A stretch of DNA of 64,000 nt, from the NCBI RefSeq assembly GCF_006345805.1, contig NC_042999.1, positions 145,700,001 to 145,764,000 of the forward strand, read 5' to 3'. Under the pieces are notes generated by a model. It was not told the DNA's origin, did no database searches, and saw only the letters and a program-made list of their open reading frames with translations. This document shows, piece after piece, positions 63,851 through 64,000 of the stretch. The position numbers and the translations under genes are program-made. The number at the start of each line of letters is the position of its first letter. The first letter of the stretch is position 1. Source of the DNA: Octopus sinensis (taxonomy: Eukaryota).

Positions 63851-64000
63851 ATTTTTTAAAATATGAATATGTATAAATGAACATAAAAATACATGTAGAT
63901 AGAATCAATGTAGGATATATATGGAAATAATGGTGCGAAAAAGAGAATTAGTAAAAATATTTTCGTCGTAAACTTAAGAGCGATTAAGAGTTCCAGTTAA

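Overview
AT-rich, microsatellite-dense animal genomic DNA. The SINE and Penelope-like repeat landscape looks like Octopus (inference from recognised repeat families). No prokaryotic features or CRISPR arrays. The only convincing host-gene coding sequence is one 87-nt + strand exon at 63294-63380 (SGDCQISQGENVEENWGGGGGGGGTFIFM, AG...GTAAGA), matching the glycine-rich ectodomain of the ALK/LTK receptor tyrosine kinases. No upstream ALK exon was recognised, so most of the window may be one very large intron. The rest is a transposon graveyard: RTE and CR1 LINE remnants (all on the minus strand), Penelope-like element (PLE) RT and GIY-YIG fragments, a mariner, a pogo/Tigger remnant, Helitron pieces, MITEs and at least three tRNA-derived SINE families. 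The most notable structures are (i) several families of minimal type-I hammerhead-ribozyme-like motifs, some with non-canonical cores, (ii) a series of fold-back inverted repeats, two tied to hammerhead motifs and one also carrying a tRNA-like Pol III head, and (iii) an RTE LINE tail encoding tandem C2H2 zinc fingers that can be rebuilt from two decayed copies. Boundaries of decayed elements are approximate, all alignments were done by eye, and no searches were run.
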